From a virus, in the IMG/VR virus record IMGVR_UViG_3300036668_000173, positions 23,313-87,312 of that record: DNA of 64,000 bases. One strand, given 5' to 3'. A program made the translations under genes and the position numbers. Shown piece by piece: positions 27,945 through 36,620 of the stretch (position 1 is the first letter of the stretch; every line of letters begins with the position of its first letter). The notes under the pieces were generated by a model. The model was not told the DNA's origin, searched no databases, and worked only from the letters and a program-made list of their open reading frames with translations.

Positions 27945-28388
27945 ATGAATGTTCATGTGACTGGTGGGAACAAACTTCAAAAAGAAATTGCTCGTCAATT
28001 ATGCGAATTCTTCAAGGCTAAGTACCTCAGTAAGTTCAAAACAATACGGATAGACATTTCTATTGAAAAAAATCTAGCCGAAGATTGTGGCTGTGATGGA
28101 GCTTGTACGCCCATTGGTGGAAATCGTGGTCGAGAGTTTGAAATAGAAATTGATCGTGATTTGTCTTTGATTCAGTTTATGAAAACATTAACGCATGAGC
28201 TTACTCATGTTCGTCAATATGTGACAGGCGATATGGTAGAGGTCAAAGGTAAAGAGCCGAAGACGTTATGGAAAGGAAAGGACTACTCTAAGGTTTCGTA
28301 TTCAAAGCAACCATGGGAGCGTCAGGCGTTTCGACTTCAAGAAAGTTTGTACCTAGAATTTTTAGCGAGTACTCCGTCAATCAAATAA
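27945..28388 (+). CDS. Putative zincin metallopeptidase (HExxH)
   Basis: TLTHELTHVRQY and QPWERQA. Confidence 0.75.
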   Translation: MNVHVTGGNKLQKEIARQLCEFFKAKYLSKFKTIRIDISIEKNLAEDCGCDGACTPIGGNRGREFEIEIDRDLSLIQFMKTLTHELTHVRQYVTGDMVEVKGKEPKTLWKGKDYSKVSYSKQPWERQAFRLQESLYLEFLASTPSIK

Positions 28389-28451
28389 AATTTCACTAAG
28401 AGACTAAGGTCAAAAGTGATAACTTTGTTTTTATAAGGAATAATTTTTGTT

Positions 28452-28931
28452 ATGAATATACCCCACCTTGAGAACGTCGCCAAAGAAATAGCGAAGTCTC
28501 GTCATTCTGGAATGGTTGACTTGTTAGGCGTAGACTATTTCTCTGGTCATCTAACATCAGTTGCCAATGGCGTTTTAGGTGACTCAATTCTTGTGGCAAT
28601 CGCATATCTTCACGATGTAATAGAAGACACTGATATTTCACCCGCCAACCTCTCTAATGTATTAATAGCCTCATCCGATAATATGTATGACGCATCTATC
28701 GTCAAGGATGTTGTCGATGCTGTCGTGGCTATGTCTAAGGTTTCAGGTGAGACCTATAACGAATACTTAGCGCGTGTCGCCTCTAATCCTTTATCAGTAA
28801 AAGTTAAGATAGCAGATATTATGAATAACATGGACGAATCACGTGGAATTATTTCTGATCACAAATTCGTTAGCAGAAGAGTTAAGTACTCGGACGCATT
28901 AGTCTATCTACGTGGAATCGACTCGCAATAG
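28452..28931 (+). CDS. HD-domain (p)ppNpp hydrolase, SpoT/Mesh1 small alarmone hydrolase-like
   Basis: A...H.G..D..G..Y..H, LHDVIEDT and VKIADIMNN. Confidence 0.8.
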   Translation: MNIPHLENVAKEIAKSRHSGMVDLLGVDYFSGHLTSVANGVLGDSILVAIAYLHDVIEDTDISPANLSNVLIASSDNMYDASIVKDVVDAVVAMSKVSGETYNEYLARVASNPLSVKVKIADIMNNMDESRGIISDHKFVSRRVKYSDALVYLRGIDSQ

Positions 28932-28940
28932 GATTTAAAT

Positions 28941-29510
28941 ATGTTATTAAAACTGAGAATTTTATATAATTTATCTTTCATGTTGGTCTTGTTTGTGTTT
29001 TTATCGGTGGCAACTTACTCTATGATAAGACCAACTCCTCCTCAGGTTTTCAATGTTTCTAGTATTCAAACCTTTGATGCCCTTCCCTTGGTCACTGAAG
29101 TTATATACTATAAAAGGGATCCAATAAAAATCACAAAAAAAGACCTTGATTGCCTCGAAAAGAACATATACTACGAGGCAGGTGTAGAGAATAGAAATGG
29201 TAAGATCGCAGTTGCTCAGGTGACCTATAATCGCCTAAAGTCTGGGAAATGGGGGGACACCTTTTGTAAGGTGATATATGCGCCACATCAATTTTCTTGG
29301 ACTAAACAGCGTAAAAAGGAAAAGCCCAAAGGTGCGTTATGGGAAGAAAGTAAATCAGTCGCGAAAGAGTTCGTGAACGGAATCCGTATACAATCCCTTA
29401 AAAACTCCATACACTATCATGCCACATGGATAGATGAGCCTCACTGGGCAGATGAAGAAAGAATAGTTAAGACCATTGGTCAACACGTCTTTTACAGTCA
29501 AATACGTTAG
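28941..29510 (+). CDS. SleB-like cell wall hydrolase (Hydrolase_2) with an N-terminal TM anchor
   Basis: CLEKNIYYEA, AVAQVTYNR, QFSW, HYHA and IGQHVFY. Confidence 0.9.
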   Translation: MLLKLRILYNLSFMLVLFVFLSVATYSMIRPTPPQVFNVSSIQTFDALPLVTEVIYYKRDPIKITKKDLDCLEKNIYYEAGVENRNGKIAVAQVTYNRLKSGKWGDTFCKVIYAPHQFSWTKQRKKEKPKGALWEESKSVAKEFVNGIRIQSLKNSIHYHATWIDEPHWADEERIVKTIGQHVFYSQIR

Positions 29511-29636
29511 TACTAGTCGAAATAAATACTACTCAAAAGTTTATTTTATATAAATATAAGTAATTGAATATAAACTTGTAACAGGCCGAGGCATATAAAT
29601 TTTCGCCTCACTCCTAATGGGAAAGTATAAACTAGT

Positions 29637-30020
29637 ATGAAAACATTTAAAGAATTTTCGTTGGACGAACAACTATCAACCCAATCAAGGTTGAAGAAAA
29701 AGCAGTCGTTACGAAGAAATAAAGCTAAAATAAAACTAGGAAAACTAAGAGCATCAAGGAAGCTTGCATCTCAGGACGTGATCGCAAAACGCGCCAGACG
29801 TGCCGCGAGAGCCTTTATGTTCAAGAGACTAGTAAAAGGTAAAACAAAAAACGAGTTGCCTTACTCATCACGTCAGACATATGAGAAAATCATAGATCGT
29901 CGCAAGGGCGCCGTAGATAAATTAGCAAAACGCCTTATCCCTAAAATTAGAAAAGCCGAGATGCAACGTAAGTTAAATCGTCGTCAGGCTCAAAGTGGGA
30001 GCGTCGCCAAAAATGATTAA
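29637..30020 (+). CDS. Highly basic late protein with a capsid-targeting sequence
   Basis: MKTFKEF matches the T4 IPI start; Lys/Arg rich; TATAAATA at 29549-29556. Confidence 0.75.
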   Translation: MKTFKEFSLDEQLSTQSRLKKKQSLRRNKAKIKLGKLRASRKLASQDVIAKRARRAARAFMFKRLVKGKTKNELPYSSRQTYEKIIDRRKGAVDKLAKRLIPKIRKAEMQRKLNRRQAQSGSVAKND

Positions 30021-31212
30021 ATCCTTTTCGGACTACCTACAAGAATCATCACGTGAAATTACGATCGTGCGTGGCGCATTTAATCCACCCATAGAAGATC
30101 ATGAAAAACTTTTCGAAGCCGCCTCTAAGCTATCGGGTGGTGGAAAGTATCGCATACATGCAACAAAACTATCAGGAACCCCTAAGGCTCCTTTGGTGTA
30201 TGAAAATAAAATAAAGTACATGAGGAAAATGTTCCCACGACATGCCAGAGCTATCGTGTTAGATTCGCATACCTCGGTTCAATCCATTCTGTCTGATTTG
30301 TATAGTGAAGGTTATACGAAAGTTAACATTGTCACAGAGTCAAAAGATTCTAGGTCATACGAAGCGATGATCTCTAATTCAAATAGAAAAGAGACAAGAC
30401 ACGGGTTCTATAGTTTTTTACCTTCGGACATTCAGATCGTTTCTGTTCAGATGAACGAATCAAAAATTAAAAATATAACCGAATCTGTTGAGACCGAAAG
30501 CTTTCAAGATTTCTGTTCACTTCTACCTTCAACATTCAAAGAATCAAAAGACCTATACAATGACGTTCGTGTAGGCATGGGACTTTTACCCATGAAAGAT
30601 TTTAGAACTCACCTACGACTAGAAACTGTTTCGGATGTACGCGAATCGTATATCATGGGAAATTTATTTAATATCGGTGATGAAGTGGTGATCAAAGAGT
30701 CTAATAAAATCGGTAAGGTTGCGCTCTTAGGATCAAATTATGTTTTGATCGAAATGTCAGACGGTTCTAAGGTTCGTAAGTGGTTGGAGTCCATAGAACG
30801 AGTCGGAGAGTATGACGAATACGAAGAGATCAACGAGGCTTGGTTTAAAGATCTTTTAGATAAAGTGTCTAAGGTCACCAACCGTGGTGGGTATCGAGAA
30901 GCATCAAAAATTCTAAAGATGGTTGTTGACAAAAAGAAAAAAGATGGAACTTTAAAACATCCGACTGGTTATTATGCAATGAGAATTGCAAAACAGTTCA
31001 AGGGTAACATAAACCCACAAGAATTGTTAAAGATGATCAGCGAAGAAGAAGAGCGTCCTGTGGGAACTACAGGAGTATTGAAAACTGCAGACTACAAAAT
31101 TTCACCTACTACGGGTCGAAAGGTTCGCGCACACACCATCAATTTGAATAGAAAAGTAATTAAACCATCGACGAAGATAGAATCATTTTCTTCGTTCAAC
31201 ACAAAACAATAA
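30013..31212 (+). CDS. Cytidyltransferase-like (HIGH-superfamily) protein of T4-like phages
   Basis: GAFNPPIEDHEKL degenerate HIGH motif, PL.YE.KIKYMRKMFP and IGDEV; N-terminal MIKSFSDYLQE. Confidence 0.7.
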   Translation: MIKSFSDYLQESSREITIVRGAFNPPIEDHEKLFEAASKLSGGGKYRIHATKLSGTPKAPLVYENKIKYMRKMFPRHARAIVLDSHTSVQSILSDLYSEGYTKVNIVTESKDSRSYEAMISNSNRKETRHGFYSFLPSDIQIVSVQMNESKIKNITESVETESFQDFCSLLPSTFKESKDLYNDVRVGMGLLPMKDFRTHLRLETVSDVRESYIMGNLFNIGDEVVIKESNKIGKVALLGSNYVLIEMSDGSKVRKWLESIERVGEYDEYEEINEAWFKDLLDKVSKVTNRGGYREASKILKMVVDKKKKDGTLKHPTGYYAMRIAKQFKGNINPQELLKMISEEEERPVGTTGVLKTADYKISPTTGRKVRAHTINLNRKVIKPSTKIESFSSFNTKQ

Positions 31213-31230
31213 AAATAAGGAAGTTAAGTA

Positions 31231-32196
31231 ATGGACTTTTTCAAACTTAGAAACGAAGAACTCGGAAAGCATAACGAGGTCGGTACTCCAGAGGTGGTGG
31301 CAAAATTTAAGCGTGGTACCCCAGGGCAACTCTCTTCTCCCCCTGCTCGTCAACCCGCGCGTCGTGGTGACAAGCTCAATACAAAAATGGGTAACTATAC
31401 TAAAATTACACAAAAAGAAATTGGCGTAAAGAATAGTTTCTCTGAAGAGAAGAAGGATCCTTGTTGGAAAGGCTACAAGGCAATTGGCATGAAGAAGAAG
31501 GGTGGTAAGTCTGTTCCTAACTGTGTTCCTGTCAAAGAGTATGTCGACGCAGATCTGAGTGAATCTATCATTCAAGAAATGCAGGGTGCCAACATGGATA
31601 CTCGACAAGTTCATTCGCATTTAAAAAAGGGTGGCTGGTCTCTTACTCGAACTAGTGGTGGACATGACGTTTTTACACACCCAGATTCTGAGAATCATAT
31701 TTCGGTGCCCCGTCACAAGCAACTAAAGGCTCCTTTGATTTTAGGAATTTTAAAGACAGCAAAAACCGCCAAACCGTCTAAGCCCACCAAACCCATTGAA
31801 GAGGCTAAAAAGGCGCCTAGTTATAATTTATACCATAAAGATTTTTCGGGCGCCATGCAACATGCATATGATCATGCAAAAACAAAGTACGGCATAACAA
31901 TTCATCCAGATGAGATTGATAACAAAGTTGCCATAGGCCCAAAAAAACCATCAAGTGGAAAAACAAATTCATATAGATTAAAGGGCGACAAGGGGACTAT
32001 ACAAGTTCAGGTGGCAAACCTCGATAATAAAAGATATGAACTAAACATGTACAAAGAATCATTGGACAAGAAAGCGAATGTCGGAGATTATGTTTCGGAC
32101 TTCAAAAAATCAGATGCTCCACAGTTCAAGGGAAAGACTAAGAAAGAACGTCAGAAAATGGCAGTCGCGGCATTTTACTCTTCTAAGAAAGGGTAA
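31231..32196 (+). CDS. Modular virion-associated protein containing a HicA-like RNase domain
   Basis: LKKGGWSLTRTSGGHDVFTHP..HISVPRH..L...LILGILKTA; also CWKGY..VPNCV and DFKKSDAPQFKGK modules. Confidence 0.7.
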   Translation: MDFFKLRNEELGKHNEVGTPEVVAKFKRGTPGQLSSPPARQPARRGDKLNTKMGNYTKITQKEIGVKNSFSEEKKDPCWKGYKAIGMKKKGGKSVPNCVPVKEYVDADLSESIIQEMQGANMDTRQVHSHLKKGGWSLTRTSGGHDVFTHPDSENHISVPRHKQLKAPLILGILKTAKTAKPSKPTKPIEEAKKAPSYNLYHKDFSGAMQHAYDHAKTKYGITIHPDEIDNKVAIGPKKPSSGKTNSYRLKGDKGTIQVQVANLDNKRYELNMYKESLDKKANVGDYVSDFKKSDAPQFKGKTKKERQKMAVAAFYSSKKG

Positions 32197-32260
32197 TACC
32201 ATATTATGGCTCAGTATAATAAATATATACAGAATATATTCAACAATAAGGAATGCAATA

Positions 32261-32629
32261 ATGCCGTCAATATCAAATACCACAACTAGAACACAGTTGC
32301 AGGACTTGGAAAGAAAAATGGATCAACATATGACTCAAGCAAAAAACTCTGAGGGACGTATGCATCGTATTGAGGATAAGTTGGATCAGTTAGCCGAGGC
32401 GGTTATTTCTATTGCGCGAGCAGAAGAGAAAATTGCAATCCTAATGCAAGATACTAAAGATATAAAATTTTCATTGGCAGATACATCACACAGGATACAA
32501 CAAGTCGAGTTAGCCGCTCGTTCTAATGAATCAGATCTAAAGATACTAAACAAGTTCTTCTGGCTAATAGCAACAACATCAATAACACTGGCTGGGACTG
32601 CGATCCTCATGGCCGTAGAAATTTTTTAA
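32261..32629 (+). CDS. Coiled-coil protein with a C-terminal TM segment (holin/XhlA-like architecture)
   Basis: RIEDKLDQLAEAVISIARAEEKI heptads followed by a hydrophobic tail. Confidence 0.6.
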   Translation: MPSISNTTTRTQLQDLERKMDQHMTQAKNSEGRMHRIEDKLDQLAEAVISIARAEEKIAILMQDTKDIKFSLADTSHRIQQVELAARSNESDLKILNKFFWLIATTSITLAGTAILMAVEIF

Positions 32630-32644
32630 AGGAATAAATTCAAA

Positions 32645-34468
32645 ATGATGCAAGACGAAAAAACAAAAACCATAGCCGAAGCATACAAAACCATGAAGGA
32701 AGCCATCGAGATTGTTGCTCCTACTAAGTCTAAGGCTTCTTCGACCATGAAGAAAGACGACGGTGATGAAGACGACTATCGCGACGGTGACGAAGACTGC
32801 GAAGGCAACACCAAAGACCTAAAAGTAAAACAAAAGGGTAAAAAAGTTGTCAATGAGTTGTCAAAAAAGACTCTTGGTAATTATTCAAAAAGTGCTACAT
32901 ATGATTTAGTATCAAGATCAATTGCTCTTGGAAGTGCCTCTAGAGGTGACTCAGAAAAAGAGAAAGCCGATGCAAAACGTTTTGCAAATAAAATCCCTAA
33001 ACGATATAAAGGTATCAACAAGGTAACTGATCGTCTAACCAAAGAAGCATTTGATAAAGTTAAACCTGAAATGAAAACGAAAGATTTAGGGTATGTAAAT
33101 ATAGGTGGTGCTAGAGTCAAAGACACTCCAGAAGATAGATTAAAACATCATCAAAAAACGTTTCCGAATGCCAAAACATTACCTAAAGCTAATGAAGAAT
33201 TAACAGGCGGTCAGAAAAAGATCGACAAGAACAAGAATGGCAAACTTGACGCTCAGGATTTTAAGATGCTTCGTAAAGAAGATACTGTAAACGAATTGTC
33301 AAAAAAGACTCTTGGATCTTACATTAAGAAGGCATCAGACTCTTCTGCCTATGATGCAAACATGCAAGGATACAAGTCAGGGCTGAATCATTCAAAATTT
33401 AACAATTCAGAAGTTGGTAAGGTCGAGAAGAAACGCTCTAGTGGTATTTCAAAAGCAATTGGTCGTTTAACCCAAGAAGATACCGAACAGTTAGACGAGT
33501 TATCTAAAGACACTTTGAAGTCGTATATTAAAAAAGGCACTAGGTCTGCAAATAGCCTCAGCAAGAGAGCAGACAAGTCATACGACAAATCGCGTTACGC
33601 CTTTGCTCCTTCGTCTATTGACAAGCATGCAGAGAATTCGGCAAAATATGATGCAGATTCCAACAAGCGAAGAGTCGGGGTAGATAAAGCAAAGGGTCGT
33701 TTAACCCAAGAAGATACCGAGCAGTTAGATGAGTTGTCGAAAAAGACTCTTGTATCTTTTATTAAAGCTCGTGATAATGATTCAACTAAAATTAACGATT
33801 ATGATAAAAGAAACAAAAGAAACAAAGGTGTTCAGACAGCTATAAATAAGTATTTGCAAAAAGATAAAAACAAAGCGATGATGACCAAAGAAGATACCGA
33901 GCAGTACGATCACGTAGAAGAGTCTTTGTCTGGGCCACAGGATCGTGAATGGATAGAAAAGATGGAAAGACACGAACGTCTACACGCCTATCACAAGCGT
34001 ATGGGCAACCACGACGAAGCCGCGAAACACAAAGCGGAAGTCACTAAGCTCGAACGACACAAGGAAGAGTCTAATATGAAAGAATGGACAAATGAATATC
34101 AATGGAATTGGGATGCAATCTCAGAAGCTTCTGAGAACGAAATTGACGATTTGATTGAGCAAATGAATGACGAAGAGTACGAGTCTTTTGTTGCAGAGTT
34201 TGATGAGTTGCAAGAAGGTAATAATATGTATCAGGCGTCGACTAATAGTAGACAACCTATGGACGCGAATGGTCGAGAGAAATTAAAGCCACGCGCTCAG
34301 GCAGATGCCGCGTTCTATGACGAGCACGAAAGAAATAAGACCGTGGTAGATTACCCAGGCAAGGTGAAGCCTACAAACAAGGTTCAAAGACAAGCAAAAG
34401 TTCGTGGTGGTGAAAACCGTAATCCCGAGCCCATGAAAACTTTGTCGGACTTCCGAAAGGGCGTATAA
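32645..34468 (+). CDS. Repeat-containing charged protein, putative internal head polyprotein
   Basis: Four ELSK(K/D)TL.(S/N)(Y/F).K repeats, RLT(K/Q)E linkers and an EF-hand-like DKNKNGKLDAQDF. Confidence 0.75.
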   Translation: MMQDEKTKTIAEAYKTMKEAIEIVAPTKSKASSTMKKDDGDEDDYRDGDEDCEGNTKDLKVKQKGKKVVNELSKKTLGNYSKSATYDLVSRSIALGSASRGDSEKEKADAKRFANKIPKRYKGINKVTDRLTKEAFDKVKPEMKTKDLGYVNIGGARVKDTPEDRLKHHQKTFPNAKTLPKANEELTGGQKKIDKNKNGKLDAQDFKMLRKEDTVNELSKKTLGSYIKKASDSSAYDANMQGYKSGLNHSKFNNSEVGKVEKKRSSGISKAIGRLTQEDTEQLDELSKDTLKSYIKKGTRSANSLSKRADKSYDKSRYAFAPSSIDKHAENSAKYDADSNKRRVGVDKAKGRLTQEDTEQLDELSKKTLVSFIKARDNDSTKINDYDKRNKRNKGVQTAINKYLQKDKNKAMMTKEDTEQYDHVEESLSGPQDREWIEKMERHERLHAYHKRMGNHDEAAKHKAEVTKLERHKEESNMKEWTNEYQWNWDAISEASENEIDDLIEQMNDEEYESFVAEFDELQEGNNMYQASTNSRQPMDANGREKLKPRAQADAAFYDEHERNKTVVDYPGKVKPTNKVQRQAKVRGGENRNPEPMKTLSDFRKGV

Positions 34469-34492
34469 GACAGTAATCTGATTGTGTAGATC

Positions 34493-34558
34493 TTAATCCT
34501 CTACCTTGGTCGTAATAAATAAAGCTATAACGACTAATACTTTAAGGTAGAGGATTAA
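34493..34558 (+). promoter_or_regulatory. SD-sequestering hairpin with a late-promoter variant (AATAAATA, 34514-34521) in the loop
   Basis: Perfect 15-bp stem TTAATCCTCTACCTT / AAGGTAGAGGATTAA covering the GAGG of the 34562 gene. Confidence 0.75.
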
Positions 34559-34561
34559 TTT

Positions 34562-34930
34562 ATGCATTTGTTTGATGAATTGAATGAAGAGAATTTTTTA
34601 TTGTTCGCTTCTAAAAACTATAAGAACCCACAGTGTACAAACATACAAGAATTTTATGATGACGTGTATCGATTTAAGTACATCAAAAAACTATTAAGAC
34701 GATACGAAAAGAACGGTGATCTACAAGAAAGGCTAATTCTAAATCATATGTTAATTTTGTATAACGTCTTTGATATAGAAAGCGCCAACAAGATGATGTT
34801 CTATAAGATCAACTCTGAACACTGGCCAGCTCTAAAAACGTTTTTAATTTATTTGAACTTTATCAAAGAGAACGAATATGTTGAAATTCCTCTCGAAAAC
34901 CAAGTTGTTGATGCCCTAAGGAAATTGTAA
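34562..34930 (+). CDS. Conserved T4-like hypothetical protein
   Basis: NFLLFA.KNY.NPQC...EF.DD..RFKYIK.L and ERLILNH motifs. Confidence 0.8.
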   Translation: MHLFDELNEENFLLFASKNYKNPQCTNIQEFYDDVYRFKYIKKLLRRYEKNGDLQERLILNHMLILYNVFDIESANKMMFYKINSEHWPALKTFLIYLNFIKENEYVEIPLENQVVDALRKL

Positions 34931-35511
34931 TGGGAATTCTCACCCAAGCCGCAGACACCTACTACGCCTACAGATTTTTACGCCTTCTCACCACGCCATG
35001 GAAAGAGACGGATGCATTCGAGCAAGGGGTCATAGATGATAATGGTAAGCTATTGATCAAGCCATCTAAGTTTACGACAAAGGAACAAAAAAATTCGTAC
35101 ACCTACTTTAATCGATTGGTGTTTAACATTAAGAGGTTATTGGAAAAAGCGCCTGGGTCTAATAAACTAGGCTCCTACATCGCCGCCCTATACCTGATCA
35201 GAGAAGAACTTGGCTTATCAGATTCTCACGTCCAAAGTATAGCCAAAAAAATGAACCTAGAACTTTCTGAAAACCTTACAGAATCATGGTACGTTTCCAA
35301 AGACTCCCGTCTTGAGGTAGGAACCTATACACTAACCACGGACATCGCCTCTTCACTAACAGGTGATATCGTAGGGACTTCGGGTAGTCGAGTAGTCGTC
35401 AAAGAATCAGTTCTACCAATCGACTACATTTTAGATCGTCCGATATACCCTGTCACGCACGGAATAACAAAACAAATTTTATACATAACACCTACGGATT
35501 TAATGAGATGA
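34930..35511 (+). CDS. Conserved T4-like hypothetical protein
   Basis: YRFLRLLTTPW, GVIDDNG and RLVFNIKRL motifs. Confidence 0.8.
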   Translation: MGILTQAADTYYAYRFLRLLTTPWKETDAFEQGVIDDNGKLLIKPSKFTTKEQKNSYTYFNRLVFNIKRLLEKAPGSNKLGSYIAALYLIREELGLSDSHVQSIAKKMNLELSENLTESWYVSKDSRLEVGTYTLTTDIASSLTGDIVGTSGSRVVVKESVLPIDYILDRPIYPVTHGITKQILYITPTDLMR

Positions 35512-35681
35512 AAATAAAAAGCTACAAAGAATTTCAAAAAGAAGAAGCGCCTGTAAATTCAACGGGTGGAGCAATCGACATGAATCCTACAGGGAAAAAG
35601 TCTAGACTCTTTAACAAAATGGATCGTCGGTCAAGGTGGGATGTTAAGAATTTGTATAATCGAGCCCGAGGGTTAAAGTGA
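35508..35681 (+). CDS. Small protein with a capsid-targeting-like N-terminus (57 aa, below the ORF-track cutoff)
   Basis: MKIKSYKEFQKEE-APVNSTGG; overlaps the upstream stop (ATGA) and the downstream start (GTGA). Confidence 0.65.
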   Translation: MKIKSYKEFQKEEAPVNSTGGAIDMNPTGKKSRLFNKMDRRSRWDVKNLYNRARGLK

Positions 35682-36535
35682 TGCGCGTGTTGACCGTCCC
35701 AGGCATTGGGGATATTCATTGGGTTATGCTCAAGATGCAATCGTGGATCGAAAAAAATTGTCCAAACGAAAAACCCGAAATATGGATATGGAACTTCGAC
35801 GGTCGACCAAGATCCGAAGAATTCGTTAGGCGCATACCCTTTGTTAAATTTGGTGGCTATTTAAATGAATCCGTAGAAATAGATAAAAGAAAACTCCATC
35901 AATCCTATCACAAGGGAAGTTGGTCAGAAGCCTTTAACTTTCACGGATTCGACTGTTACCTTTGTGTAAACGGTGAACTACGTGTTGGGCAAAAGATGGA
36001 TAACATTTTGTCTAAGTATAAAACAAATTGGGACTATCCCATAAATCTTAAGGGCATACCTAGTAGTAAAATAAAAGAACCCTACATCATATTTTATTTT
36101 TCGGATCACGGTATGTTCAGAAAATGGGTCGAGCACATGCCTGTAGAGACCATACAACATTTTCTATCGACCATAAAGGGGTACAGACTCATCCTAACAG
36201 GATCAGAATGGGACTTTCCCTTTAACGAAAAAATAAAGGGCGACAACATAGAGAATATGTGTGGAGAGACTTCCCTTGATGATCTGTTGTCCCTGATTGT
36301 ACATGCAAATGCATTTGTTGGTTGGTGTGGGGGAAACACGATCATATCACCACACCTAGGAACACCTACACTAATGTTGTGGTCAAATCACTTTAACCAC
36401 AAAAGGTTTCAGACTAATTGGGTCAAGCCAGAAAATATTGGTACGCTGTACAGACTTATGAACGTCGAAGATATAACCGAAAAAAGATTCACTCAAAATT
36501 TAAACAAGTTATTAGAAGTTAAGGCTAAGAAGTAA
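35678..36535 (+). CDS. Putative GT9-like glycosyltransferase
   Basis: PGIGDIHW and NMCGETSLDDLLSLIVHANAFVGWCGGNTIISPHLGTPT, a heptosyltransferase-like C-terminus. Confidence 0.7.
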   Translation: MMRVLTVPGIGDIHWVMLKMQSWIEKNCPNEKPEIWIWNFDGRPRSEEFVRRIPFVKFGGYLNESVEIDKRKLHQSYHKGSWSEAFNFHGFDCYLCVNGELRVGQKMDNILSKYKTNWDYPINLKGIPSSKIKEPYIIFYFSDHGMFRKWVEHMPVETIQHFLSTIKGYRLILTGSEWDFPFNEKIKGDNIENMCGETSLDDLLSLIVHANAFVGWCGGNTIISPHLGTPTLMLWSNHFNHKRFQTNWVKPENIGTLYRLMNVEDITEKRFTQNLNKLLEVKAKK

Positions 36536-36620
36536 AAATACTGGATGCTATATAAGTTATAATACGAGATTAGCGTAAACGATTTTTGTCATTTTAAAAG
36601 AAATAATTGGAGAGTGAATT

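Noticed and set aside
32851-33910. Possible CRISPR-like array from the recurring GAAGATACCGA/GAGTTGTC motifs
   Set aside because: The repeats are in-frame coding repeats with synonymous changes and long irregular spacing, and no cas genes are present.
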